From the NCBI GenBank assembly GCA_965201075.1, contig CBDAVP010000011.1, positions 186,001 through 238,980 of the forward strand: DNA of 52,980 nt, read 5' to 3'. Positions 37,249-46,823 of the stretch are shown here, one piece after another. The DNA comes from Isosphaeraceae bacterium. Lineage in GTDB: Bacteria; Planctomycetota; Planctomycetia; Isosphaerales; Isosphaeraceae. The position numbers and the translations under genes are program-made. Position 1 is the first letter of the stretch. Each line of letters opens with the position of its first letter. The notes under the pieces are model-generated. The model was given only the letters and a program-made list of their open reading frames with translations. It did not search any database and was not told where the DNA came from.

Positions 37249-40200
37249 GGGCGAATCCCCCCTCGGGTTGCGCGGAGTTCGGCGTGTCGGGGACAGCGTG
37301 CCGATGCGGCCAGGGGACGGCGATGGCCGTCGGGTTGGGATCATGGCCCGGGAGGCGGCCCGGCTCGACCCGGCAGGTGAAAACCTTGGCCTCGTGCATG
37401 CTCACATTGGGCTCGGCCACCAGCGACGTCAAGTCGTTGGCGTTCCCCCCGACAACTTCCCCGGCGTAGCTCCAGTGGAACGGGATGCCGATCTGGTGGA
37501 CGACGTTCCCGCCCACTGTCAGCGGCTTGATCCGCCGGGTGACCATCGCGCGAGCCTCGATCGTCGCGCGGGGAGAGACGACGCGAAGCCAGCCGCCGGG
37601 CTCAATCCCACGTTCCTCGGCCAGCTCGGGGCTGAGTTCCACGAACATCGCCGGTTGCAACTCGTTGAGCCACGAGTTGAACCGACTCATCGGCCCGCTG
37701 AGGTAATGTTCGGTCAGGCGGAACGTGCAGGCGACCACCGGATACTCGGCCGTCGGCGCATGGGCGATCGGGTTGAGCGGCCCCTCGAACGTCCGCACGG
37801 TCGGCGTGGTCGTCTGCCCGGGATAGAGCGAGTTGGCGACGGGCGACTCGACCGGCTCGTAATGCGTCGGCAGGGGGCCATCCTTCAAGGCCGGGGCGTA
37901 CAGCCAGGCGAGGCCGTCGGGCTTCATGATGAACGGGGCGTCACCACGGATTGCCGCCATCCCCCTGGCATCGGGCGGGGGTCGATAGCTCGGCGGTTTG
38001 TCGGTCTCGAAGTCGGGTTCGTCGTCGCCAACCCAACGCTTTCGGTCCTGGTCCCACCAGATGAGTTTCTTCCGCTCGGACCACGGACGCCCTTCGGGGT
38101 CGGCTGAGGCCCGGTTGTACAGCACCCGGCGGTTTTGGGGCCAGGCGAAGCCCCAATCCGGCTGGACCGGGTTGTCGGTGATCTTGCGTTCCTTGGCTCG
38201 ATTGCGGCCCGGCTCGGGGAATACCCCGCTGTAAATCCAGCATCCGCATGCCGTTGAGCCATCGTCCTTGAGTTCCGAGAACCCTGGCAGCAGACGGGGG
38301 CGGCCGGAACGTTGGTCGATGTCGTCGACCCGGAAGCCGTTGATCTCCTGGAGGATCTTCTCGATGTCCGGGTCCCCCTCGATCCGACTGGTCGTGCCAT
38401 CAGGGAGTTTGGGGGGGTGGTCGAAATCGTAGTCCCAGGTCAGGTCCAGAAGGGGGCGGTCTCGCGGATCTTGCGAGCCAGCGTAAAGAGCCTTCAGCCG
38501 CTTCCCGAGTTGATAGACGTACCAGGCGTCGGAGCGACAGTCACCGGTCGGGTCCATCGCCTGACCATGCCACTGGAGGAGGCGCTGGGTGTTGGTCAGC
38601 GTCCCTTCCTTCTCGGGAGCCGCGGCGGCGGGCAGGAGGAACACCTCGGTCCCAATTTCGGAAAAGGGGGGTCCCTCGGGGTCGTCCTTCCAGAAAACCG
38701 CGCTTTCGGTCTCGAACCAGTCGAGAACGACCAGCCAGTCCAGTTTGCGCAGACCTGCCCGATGCAAGCCTGCGTTGGGGGCGCCTCCGGCCGGGTTCTG
38801 ACCGAACAGGAAGTAACCGGTTAACTCCCCCCGGCTCATTCGATCGAAGGTCGGCAACTGGGAATAATCGCCGTCGATCCTGGGCAAATAGTCGTAGCAG
38901 AAGTCGTTGTCGGCGTGGGCCGCGGGACCGTACCACGCTTTCAACTGACTGACGATGAACTTGCGGAAGTTCGCCCAGTAGCCGGTGGGTAGGCCTTCGT
39001 GCTCGACGTACTCATCCAGCGTCCGATGGACCTTGTCGGCCGAGGGCTGAGGAAGATACCCCGGCAGAAGGTCATACAGGGTCGAGACATCGGTCGAGCC
39101 CTGGATGCTGGAATGGCCGCGCATCGCCATGATGCCGCCGCCGGGTCGCCCCATGTTCCCCAGGAGCATCTGGAGGATGCCCGCAGCGCGAATGTTCTGG
39201 ACGCCCGTGGTGTGCTGGGTCCAACCCACCGCGTATACCAGACAGGTCGTCCGATCCCGACCCGAGTTGGCGCAAAGGATTTTGGCGACACGGGTCACGT
39301 CGCCGGGGGTACAGCCGCAGACTGCCGCAACGGCCTCGGGCGTGTAGCGGGAGAAGTGCCGACGGAGCAGTTGCATCACGCAACGAGGGTGTTGCAGCGT
39401 CGGGTCCCTGGGGGCCTGGCCAGCGGGCTCGTCCGTCAGACTCGCCCGCGGCTTGCCGTGAGTTGTCGCGCCGCCCATCAAGGCTTGTCCGTGAACCCCC
39501 AGTTGCTCCCGTGTGCCCCCGTCGGACTCTCCGCCCGAATCGGCCGCTTCCGACGGTGCTCCTTCGTAACCCCAATGGCCCTTCGAGGCGTCGTAAGCTC
39601 CGGTTTCGGGGTTGAATCCGCTGAACAGCCCGTCGAGATCCTCGGTGTCCTCGAACCCCTCCTGGATGATCGTCGAGGCGTTGGTGTACGCCAGGACGTA
39701 CTCATGGAACCAGCGATCGTTCTCCAGGATGTAGCGGATGATGCCCCCCAGGAACGCCAGATCGCTCCCGGCGCGGATGCCGACAAACAGGTCGCAGAGG
39801 GCCGAGGTTCTGGAAAACCTTGGGTCCACGTGGATCAGGGTCGCCCCGTTCGCCTTTGCCTTCATCGGCCAGCGAAAGCCCACCGGATGGGCCTCGGCCA
39901 TGTTCGAGCCCATGAACAGCAGGCAGTCGGCCTGGGCCATGTCCTGCTGATAGTCCGTCCCCGCGCCGCGACCGAACGAGGCGCCCAGACCGGGCACCGA
40001 GGCGGAGTGTCATATTCGAGCCTGGTTTTCGACCGAAACGATCCCCAGGCCCCCGGTCAGCAGCTTCTTCATCAAGTAGTTTTCTTCAACGTCCAAAGTC
40101 GCCCCGCCGAGACTCCCGATGTTGCGGACCGAGTTGAGCTGACGTCCCTGGTCGTCGACCGCCGTGAAGTCGGCGTCGCGGGCCGCCTTGACCTTCTCAG

Positions 40201-40549
40201 CGATCCGATCGAGAGCCCAATCCAGCGTTTTGAACTCCCAGTGATCCGAGTAAGGCGCGCGATACTTGACGTGGGTCACCCGGTGGGAGTTGACGGCAAG
40301 CTGGAAAGCGTTGGCCCCCTTGGGACAGAGCGTGCCTTCATTGATGGGGCTACGCGGGTCGCCCTCGATGTCGATCAGTTGGCCGGCCTTGGTGTAGATC
40401 AACTGCCCACAACCGACGGCGCAATACGGACATACGCTCTCGGTGACCGTGGCCCCACGCAGTCTCGACGCCTTTTCGGCCGTCGGGCGACTGATCGGCT
40501 GCGGCTTCCCGACCGACCGCAGGCGGGAGAGCAGGGGGATTCGGGGCAT
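37229..40549 (-). CDS. fdnG: Selenocysteine-containing formate dehydrogenase major (Mo/W-bis-PGD) subunit, 1106 aa, Sec at residue 180
   Basis: Track ORFs 40010-40573 and 37229-39997 are in the same frame and join across TGA 40012-40010: ENQARI-U-HSASVPGLGASFGRG. Also CPYCAVGCG...LCPKG and MRGHSSIQG; SECIS immediately downstream. Confidence 0.93.
39980..40012 (-). promoter_or_regulatory. Bacterial SECIS element
   Basis: UGA, then 11 nt (CACUCCGCCUC), then stem GGUGCCC / loop GGUCU / GGGCGCC; spacing and apical GGUCU resemble the E. coli fdhF SECIS. Confidence 0.88.
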
Positions 40550-40602
40550 GATCCGGACCTTTCCTCGGAGCAACCGAACAGCCGGTGGGGGTCACGTCCC
40601 AA

Positions 40603-40630
40603 ATTCTATACAAGCCGGGCGGGGGTGCAA
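40603..40630 (-). promoter_or_regulatory. Putative sigma70 promoter of the fdh operon
   Basis: Minus strand TTGCAC-N16-TAGAAT, with the -10 about 55 nt upstream of ATG 40549. Confidence 0.5.
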
Positions 40631-40813
40631 TGGAGGCGAAACCCTCAATTCGTCCCCGGTTCAACGTCCGATAATGGGCGTTATGTTCAACCTGGCCTGG
40701 CTCGAGGCGATCAATCTTGAAATTCCTGATTTGAGTTGCCCGGACCCTAAGAGCTCGGGTAGAGTCGAAAGTCACGCCTCGACGATAATGAGGATGGTCG
40801 AAGGAGGTTCGTC

Positions 40814-41623
40814 ATGGCTATCGCGGGCCGTCTGGCAATCCTGGCGATAATGGCGACCAGCAGTCTTTTGGTCGCCGGCGGGACTACGCAGGCTCAAACT
40901 CAACTAGTCGCGCCTACCAATGGCCTGAGCGCCAATGATTTGTCGATGATGCTGCAGAACCTCGATGGCCTGACTCGGGCCCAGGTCGAGGCTCAGATGC
41001 AGCAGCGATTCCAGCAAGAAACGGCGGCGACTCAGGCGGCCACTGCTCAGGCCAATGCGAACTTCCAGGCTCAGAACGCCTTGCTCCAACAGGCCGCGGC
41101 ACAGGCGGCCCAGAATGTCCGAGAGGGTCGGCTGTCAATCGCTGATGCGGTCACTCAATTGGAAAATCAGTTCAGTTCGAACCAATTAGGTTTTTATGGA
41201 GGAATTAGTGGACTCGGATTAATCGCTGCCGGCCCTTCCCTGGGCGGTTTTAGCGCGGGCTATGGGGGATATTATGGGCCCGATCCCACTGACCCGAGTG
41301 GACTTAATGCGTATCGTCGGGCTTTGCGAGAGCAACTGGACCTCGCCCGTCGGCGGGATGTCCAACGTGAGTTCGAGGAAGATCAGGGGAAAAAGTCGCC
41401 CCAATTGACAGAACACCAGGCCAAGGCGCTGAAGAACCAGGCGGACCAGCAAAAGGTTCCGCCGAACCGCAAGGCTCTGGCCTCGAAGGGTCGAATGAAA
41501 CCGAATCGGGCCACCAAGAAGGGTGCCAAGGCGTCGCAAGCGGTCGCCCCGTCACCCAAGGGTCCGCCCAAACCCGCCCTGCCGCCGATCTCCGGGCCTC
41601 CGGTGGACTTCCCGGACTTCTGA
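40814..41623 (+). CDS. Secreted hypothetical protein, Gln/Ala-rich with a Lys/Pro-rich tail
   Basis: AAGGAGG RBS; signal peptide; no recognisable domain; locally lower GC. Confidence 0.75.
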   Translation: MAIAGRLAILAIMATSSLLVAGGTTQAQTQLVAPTNGLSANDLSMMLQNLDGLTRAQVEAQMQQRFQQETAATQAATAQANANFQAQNALLQQAAAQAAQNVREGRLSIADAVTQLENQFSSNQLGFYGGISGLGLIAAGPSLGGFSAGYGGYYGPDPTDPSGLNAYRRALREQLDLARRRDVQREFEEDQGKKSPQLTEHQAKALKNQADQQKVPPNRKALASKGRMKPNRATKKGAKASQAVAPSPKGPPKPALPPISGPPVDFPDF

Positions 41624-41685
41624 TCGTCGCTGCGTGAATTGCCAGCCTAGCCGTCGCGCGAACTTGGCCGGGCCGAGACCGCCAG

Positions 41686-42333
41686 ATGTGGCCCGATCCG
41701 GCCGAAACACGAAACCTGTTGGATGACGCTGGCCAGGGCGACCCGGCCGCGGTCGATCGTCTGTTCGACCGCCACCGGCGGGCCTTGCGGCGAATGGTCC
41801 AACTGCGGCTCGACCCGGCCATCGCCCGGCGGGTCGACGCCAGCGACGTGGTGCAAGATGTTTTGCTGGAGGCGAGCCGACGCCTGGCGGACTACCTTCG
41901 CGACCCGTCGATGCCGTTCCATCTCTGGTTACGGCATCTGGCGAGGGATCACCTGATTGACGAACATCGTCGCCACCGAACGGCGGCCCGTCGGAGCGTC
42001 GACCGAGAGCGTCCCCTCCGGGCTCCGGCCTTCGGCGATCGTTCGTCGGTCGACCTGGCGGCCGAGCTGCCGGACCGCCAGCTGACACCCGCGGCCAACG
42101 CGATCCGCCGAGAACTTCGACGGCGATTCCTGGAAGCCCTGAGCCAACTGGACGAGGCCGACCGCGAGGTGGTTTTGTTGCGCCACGTCGAACACCTGAC
42201 CAACTCCGAGGCCGCCGAGGCATTGGGCCTCACTCCGGCCGCCGCCGGGATGCGACACCTCCGCGCCCTGCGACGGCTCAAGACGATCCTGGGCGACCCC
42301 CCTTCCCTCGACGGAGCAGAGCCCCAGGCATGA
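41686..42333 (+). CDS. ECF RNA polymerase sigma-70 factor, planctomycete kinase-associated type
   Basis: RRVDASDVVQD, FHLWLRHLA, region 4 DREVVLLRHVEHLTNSEAAEALG...RALRRL. Confidence 0.93.
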   Translation: MWPDPAETRNLLDDAGQGDPAAVDRLFDRHRRALRRMVQLRLDPAIARRVDASDVVQDVLLEASRRLADYLRDPSMPFHLWLRHLARDHLIDEHRRHRTAARRSVDRERPLRAPAFGDRSSVDLAAELPDRQLTPAANAIRRELRRRFLEALSQLDEADREVVLLRHVEHLTNSEAAEALGLTPAAAGMRHLRALRRLKTILGDPPSLDGAEPQA

Positions 42334-44021
42334 GTTCCCTCGCCTCCGAGGAACGCGACGCCCGCCTCGCCGCGGCCTTGCTCGAACTGACCGATCCGGC
42401 CGAGCCGGTCTCGGGCACCGTCCCCGGAATCGACGAAGTGGCCGCGGCTTATCCCGACCTCGCCCAGGAACTTCGAGAACTCTGGGCCGCGGCGCGGGTC
42501 GCCGAAACCTTGATCGGTGACCTTGATGCGTTTGAGGACGAGGATGGGGCGATTGATCCTGAACCCGTCACACCCTCCCCCCAAGGTCTCTCCGGCGAAA
42601 CCCCCTTTCGCTGCGGGGATTGTGTCCTGTTGGAGGAAATCGGCCGGGGCGGGATGGGTGTGGTCTATCGGGCTCGACAGGAGGGGCTCGGGCGGATCGT
42701 GGCCTTGAAGCGACTGCTGAGGGGCGCCAGCGCCTCGCCGATCGACCTGGCCCGCTTCCGCGCCGAGTCCGAGTCGGCGGCGCGTCTGGAACACCCCCAT
42801 ATCGTGCCGATTCACGCCGTGGGTGTGCACGACGGCCTCCCCTACTTCACGATGGCGCTGGTCGAGGGGACGACGCTGGCCCGAAAGTTAGCCGAGGGGC
42901 CAATCCCCCCGGCCGAGGCCGCCGCGTTACTGTCCCCGGTCTGCCGGGCGATTGACTACGCTCACCGACGAGGCGTCTTGCACCGCGACCTCAAGCCCTC
43001 CAACATTCTGATCGACCGCGAGGGTACGCCACTGCTCTCCGACTTCGGCCTGGCCAAACGGGTCGACGCCGCCACGTCCGACCTCGCCGACGCCTCGCTG
43101 ACGCCCAGCGGCGACATCCTGGGGACCCCCAGCTACATGGCGCCCGAGCAGGCCGCCGGGGGTCGCGGTCCGCTGGGGCCCGCCTCGGATGTCTATAGTC
43201 TGGGCGCCATCCTCTATCAGATGCTCGCCGGCCGTCCCCCCTTCCAGGCCGCTCGGGCCATCGACACGATTCTGCTCGTGTTGGAACAGGACCCCCTCCC
43301 CCCTCGACTGCTCAACCCCCGAGCCGACCGCGACTTGGAGATGGTGGCACTCAAATGCCTCCAGAAACCAGTCGACCTCCGCTACCCGACCGCCGCCGCC
43401 CTCGCCGACGACCTGGACGCCTACCTTGCGGGAGAGCCAATCTCGGCCCGGTCGACCCGCCTGGCCGCCATCGCCGCCCGCTTTTTTGGCGAGACCCACC
43501 ATGCCGTGGTCCTGGAAAGTTGGGGTCTCCTTTGGATGTGGCACGGATTGGTCCTGCTCATCATCTGCGTCATCACCAACGCCCTGAAACTCCGAGGTGT
43601 GGCCTCCCCCCTTCCCTATCTCTTCTTGTGGACAGTGGCCCTGGGGGGCTGGGCCTCGGTCTTCTGGCAGTTGCGTCGCCGGGGCGGCCCCATCTCTTTC
43701 GTCGAGCGCCAGATCGCCCATCTCTGGGCCGGCGCGATCGTCTCTAGCGCGATGCTCTACATCGTCGAGATCGAGCTGAGCCTTCCCGTCCTGACGCTCT
43801 CGCCGGTGCTGGGCCTCATCAACGGTTCAACCTATCTGGCCAAGGCCGGCATTTTGTCGGGGGCGTTTTACGTCCAGGCCGCGGTCCTCTTTCTGACCGC
43901 TCTCCTGATGGCCATCTTCCCCACCTACGCCATCACTCTTTTCGGGCTGGTGGCCGGGGCCTGTTTCTTCCTCCCGGGGCTCCAGTATCACCTGCGGCGT
44001 TTGCGAGGGCTTGCCCGTTGA
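42330..44021 (+). CDS. Hanks-type Ser/Thr protein kinase with a C-terminal multi-TM domain
   Basis: IGRGGMGVVY, VALK, HRDLKPSN, DFGLAK, GTPSYMAPE, SDVYSLG; about 6 TM helices at the C-terminus; ATGA-coupled to the sigma gene. Confidence 0.95.
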   Translation: MSSLASEERDARLAAALLELTDPAEPVSGTVPGIDEVAAAYPDLAQELRELWAAARVAETLIGDLDAFEDEDGAIDPEPVTPSPQGLSGETPFRCGDCVLLEEIGRGGMGVVYRARQEGLGRIVALKRLLRGASASPIDLARFRAESESAARLEHPHIVPIHAVGVHDGLPYFTMALVEGTTLARKLAEGPIPPAEAAALLSPVCRAIDYAHRRGVLHRDLKPSNILIDREGTPLLSDFGLAKRVDAATSDLADASLTPSGDILGTPSYMAPEQAAGGRGPLGPASDVYSLGAILYQMLAGRPPFQAARAIDTILLVLEQDPLPPRLLNPRADRDLEMVALKCLQKPVDLRYPTAAALADDLDAYLAGEPISARSTRLAAIAARFFGETHHAVVLESWGLLWMWHGLVLLIICVITNALKLRGVASPLPYLFLWTVALGGWASVFWQLRRRGGPISFVERQIAHLWAGAIVSSAMLYIVEIELSLPVLTLSPVLGLINGSTYLAKAGILSGAFYVQAAVLFLTALLMAIFPTYAITLFGLVAGACFFLPGLQYHLRRLRGLAR

Positions 44022-44022
44022 A

Positions 44023-45141
44023 ATGGTCCGGACGGTTCACGTGAGGATTTCCACGGTGGTCTCTTCCCGCTCCGCCGCCCTGAGGCCAACCAGGGTCGAG
44101 GCTTTGGACCAGTTCCGAGGCGCCACGGTCCTGGCCATGATCCTGGTCAACGGGTTTGGCGGCTTCTCGGCGGTCCCGGCCCTCTGGAAGCATCATAAAA
44201 CCTACTGTAGCGCCGCAGACCTGGTGATGCCTCAGTTCTTCCTCGCTGTCGGGTTCGCCTATCGCTTGACGATGACGGGTCGCCTTGCTCGCGAAGGGCC
44301 CCGCGCCGCCTACGCCCATGCCCTGTCTCGCGTGGCAAGCCTGCTGGTCCTCGGCCTGCTGGTCCACGGACTTGATGGCGGGGCCAAGACGTGGGCCGAA
44401 CTTGTGGCGCTCGGACCCGGGCCGATCCTCGGGAACGCGTTCGCCAAACGCTATTTCCAGACGCTCGTCCACGTCGCCGTCACCTCGCTCTGGGTACTCC
44501 CGGTGATCGCCCGACCGGCCTCCTGGCGGCTGGGGTGGATGGCCGCTTCGGCGGCGCTCCATGCCGGGCTCTCGCTGAGAGGCTATTACGACTGGGTCAC
44601 GACGGGGCCCGGCGGGATCGACGGTGGCGTCCTGGGCTTCCTGACCTGGACGATTCCCCTGCTGACGGGGTCACTCGCCGTCGACGTGCTGGTGGCATCC
44701 GGTCCGTCGAGAGGCGCGGCGCGTTTGGCGGCCCTAGGCCTAGGATTGCTGGCGTTGGGCTACGCGCTGACGGCCCTCGACGGTCGGCTCGATCCGCCAC
44801 CATTCCACCCGCCAGAACTTCCGCTCACTCCCTGGACGATGAGTCAACGCTCCGGCAGCGTCTCTTACCAAACCTTCGCCGCGGGATTTTCGCTGTGCGG
44901 GTTCGCCGGGTTTCTCGTGGCCTGCGACCTCTGGGGAATCCGCCTTGGGCTGTTCGGCAGATTCGGCCGCAACGCTCTGGCCATCTACCTGGTCTCGCCG
45001 TTGGCCGAGCAGGCATTGATGCCATTTCTGCCGAAGGACGCCCCGGCGTGGTACGTGGTCGCGGGGGCCGTCGCGTTTGTCGGGCTGATTGACCTCGTGG
45101 CCGCTCACCTGGAGCGGCACGGGTTGTTCCTGAAACTCTGA
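44023..45141 (+). CDS. Heparan-alpha-glucosaminide N-acetyltransferase-like membrane acyltransferase
   Basis: RVEALDQFRGATVLAMILVN, WKH, ADLVMPQFFLAVG, GRNALAIY. Confidence 0.85.
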   Translation: MVRTVHVRISTVVSSRSAALRPTRVEALDQFRGATVLAMILVNGFGGFSAVPALWKHHKTYCSAADLVMPQFFLAVGFAYRLTMTGRLAREGPRAAYAHALSRVASLLVLGLLVHGLDGGAKTWAELVALGPGPILGNAFAKRYFQTLVHVAVTSLWVLPVIARPASWRLGWMAASAALHAGLSLRGYYDWVTTGPGGIDGGVLGFLTWTIPLLTGSLAVDVLVASGPSRGAARLAALGLGLLALGYALTALDGRLDPPPFHPPELPLTPWTMSQRSGSVSYQTFAAGFSLCGFAGFLVACDLWGIRLGLFGRFGRNALAIYLVSPLAEQALMPFLPKDAPAWYVVAGAVAFVGLIDLVAAHLERHGLFLKL

Positions 45142-45170
45142 GATTTCGGAGGACGCCGGTCCGTCCTGGT

Positions 45171-45869
45171 TCAATCTTCCTCGACCCGCAAATGAAGCTC
45201 GTACCGGCTGTGGTCGCCGTCGAGGTGAAACGAGCGTTCGGTGGGATGGTTGGCGGGGAACCCCTTGAGGTAGCGGGCATGGTCCCCGGGTTCCGTTTCC
45301 AGGACGACGTCTCCCTTCTCGTTGCGGATTCGCAGGAGGATGGTGCCGATGTGGTCGTTCTCGCCGGTGCCGGCCTGGAGAACCTCAGGGACAGGGATGC
45401 GGGCGAGGCTCGACAACGGTTGGGCGGGGTCGACCTGACGAGCGACCTCGGCGGCTTCCTTCAAATCCTCGGAGGCGCTGTCATGGCCGTCCTGCTCCCG
45501 GACGCTGAGGACCAAAGTCGCGGCCTCGCCTTCCTTCAAGCTGCCTTTCCAGAGGTCGATGTTCTTGAGAATCATTGCCTGCCGGTGGTTGGCGATCTTG
45601 AGGTGGCCGCCGTCCTTCGGAGCGACTTCCTGAATGGTCGAGCCGTCGGGGAGCTTCCCCGAGACGACAAAGAAAATGAGGTCGTGTTCGGGCGCGGCGT
45701 CCTTGGTATTGGCGGGCGGGCGAACGCCTCCGGAAAGCTCTCGGCAGGTCAGCATCGGGGCCTTGAGGACGAGGTCGATCGCCTCCTCTGCATCCGAGGA
45801 CCGGGCCGGGAGGACGGGCAGGAGGATCGCCAACAGCGAGGCGAATCGCAGGGATTCTCGAAAGTTCAT
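45171..45869 (-). CDS. Secreted hypothetical protein (possible C2-like beta-sandwich)
   Basis: Signal peptide from ATG 45869; alternating beta-strand pattern; LSVREQD...ENDHIG. Confidence 0.75.
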   Translation of the reverse strand: MNFRESLRFASLLAILLPVLPARSSDAEEAIDLVLKAPMLTCRELSGGVRPPANTKDAAPEHDLIFFVVSGKLPDGSTIQEVAPKDGGHLKIANHRQAMILKNIDLWKGSLKEGEAATLVLSVREQDGHDSASEDLKEAAEVARQVDPAQPLSSLARIPVPEVLQAGTGENDHIGTILLRIRNEKGDVVLETEPGDHARYLKGFPANHPTERSFHLDGDHSRYELHLRVEED

Positions 45870-45906
45870 GGAAAGCGCTCCGGGGTGTCGGGGGGGCATC
45901 GACCAC

Positions 45907-46383
45907 TCAGGGAAGAATGATGTTGGCGGCCTGGGGCTGACTGGTCCGCACGTTGACGAACACCATGCTCGTCTGGAAGCGGTGATTATTGACGTCGTCG
46001 GGCCCGTAAATCGGGAGGTTGTCCAGGGAGACGATCATGTCTCCCGGTTCCAACTGGAGGTAAGCCGAGGCCGATCGCGCGACCGGGTAGCGCGTTAGGC
46101 GGGCGCCATAACTGGACGCCTGGACCGGATAACCGCCCGAGCCCGGCGGGTTGTTCGGATCGTAGTTGCCCGTCGACGGGTTGAGGCCGCCGTTGGAGCC
46201 GTACGGAACCAACTGGTAGTAGATGCCTAGTTGCGACGAGTAATACTCGGGACCGCTGGCTCCCTGCGGGCCGACGACAGCCCGGGGGGCTGCCCCATAT
46301 TGGGCCGAGGCCGACCAGCAGACCAGAGTCGCCGCTAGGGTCAACCCGGCCCCAACGAACGCGCGGCGGTGGGTCAAAACCAT
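45907..46383 (-). CDS. Secreted stand-alone PDZ-like protein
   Basis: Signal peptide; QLGIYY...SASAYLQLEPGDMIVSLDNLPI matches the PDZ L.xGD.I..v.g pattern. Confidence 0.75.
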   Translation of the reverse strand: MVLTHRRAFVGAGLTLAATLVCWSASAQYGAAPRAVVGPQGASGPEYYSSQLGIYYQLVPYGSNGGLNPSTGNYDPNNPPGSGGYPVQASSYGARLTRYPVARSASAYLQLEPGDMIVSLDNLPIYGPDDVNNHRFQTSMVFVNVRTSQPQAANIILP

Positions 46384-46660
46384 GACGAAGGCTCCTCAAG
46401 GGGACAGGTTCGTTGGGTGGCATCCGCGGATGTCACCCTCAAGACAAATGCCCGAATCACGGCGATCAGTCTCCTAGGTCCCAACCTCGCCGGCAAGAGG
46501 CTCCGCCACCCCCCTGCTTCGTCGACGCCGATCCTCCCAGGGAACGGCTCGGACGAACTCGAATCCGACCGCGGCCGTATGGTAAAGTTGCACACTTCCG
46601 CGGAGAATGGGGGCGATGGGCGTTGGGCGGTGACCTCTCGACGAACTTCCGGAGAGCCTG

Positions 46661-46686
46661 GGAACTTTTCCCGATCTCCGGTCGTC
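46661..46686 (+). promoter_or_regulatory. Putative ECF-type promoter upstream of pilM
   Basis: GGAAC-N17-CGTC, about 140 nt before the pilM ATG. Confidence 0.4.
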
Positions 46687-46823
46687 GAAAGGGTTGTCCG
46701 CCACGGCGCCCTCCCGATCCGCGACCCTTCTCCGGGCCGCGCCCCTCTTGACCGGGCCGTGCCGGACCTTGGCGGACCGCATCCGCGCCCCTTCTTGGGT
46801 CGTCGACAGGAGCTTGCAACCTC

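Noticed and set aside
40010..40012. Nonsense mutation making fdh a pseudogene
   Set aside because: The TGA sits at the Cys/Sec ligand position and is followed by a canonical SECIS.
40550..40813. tRNA-Sec or Moco riboswitch near fdh
   Set aside because: No cloverleaf with a UCA anticodon; only fragmentary Moco-like words, lying upstream of the putative promoter or on the wrong strand.
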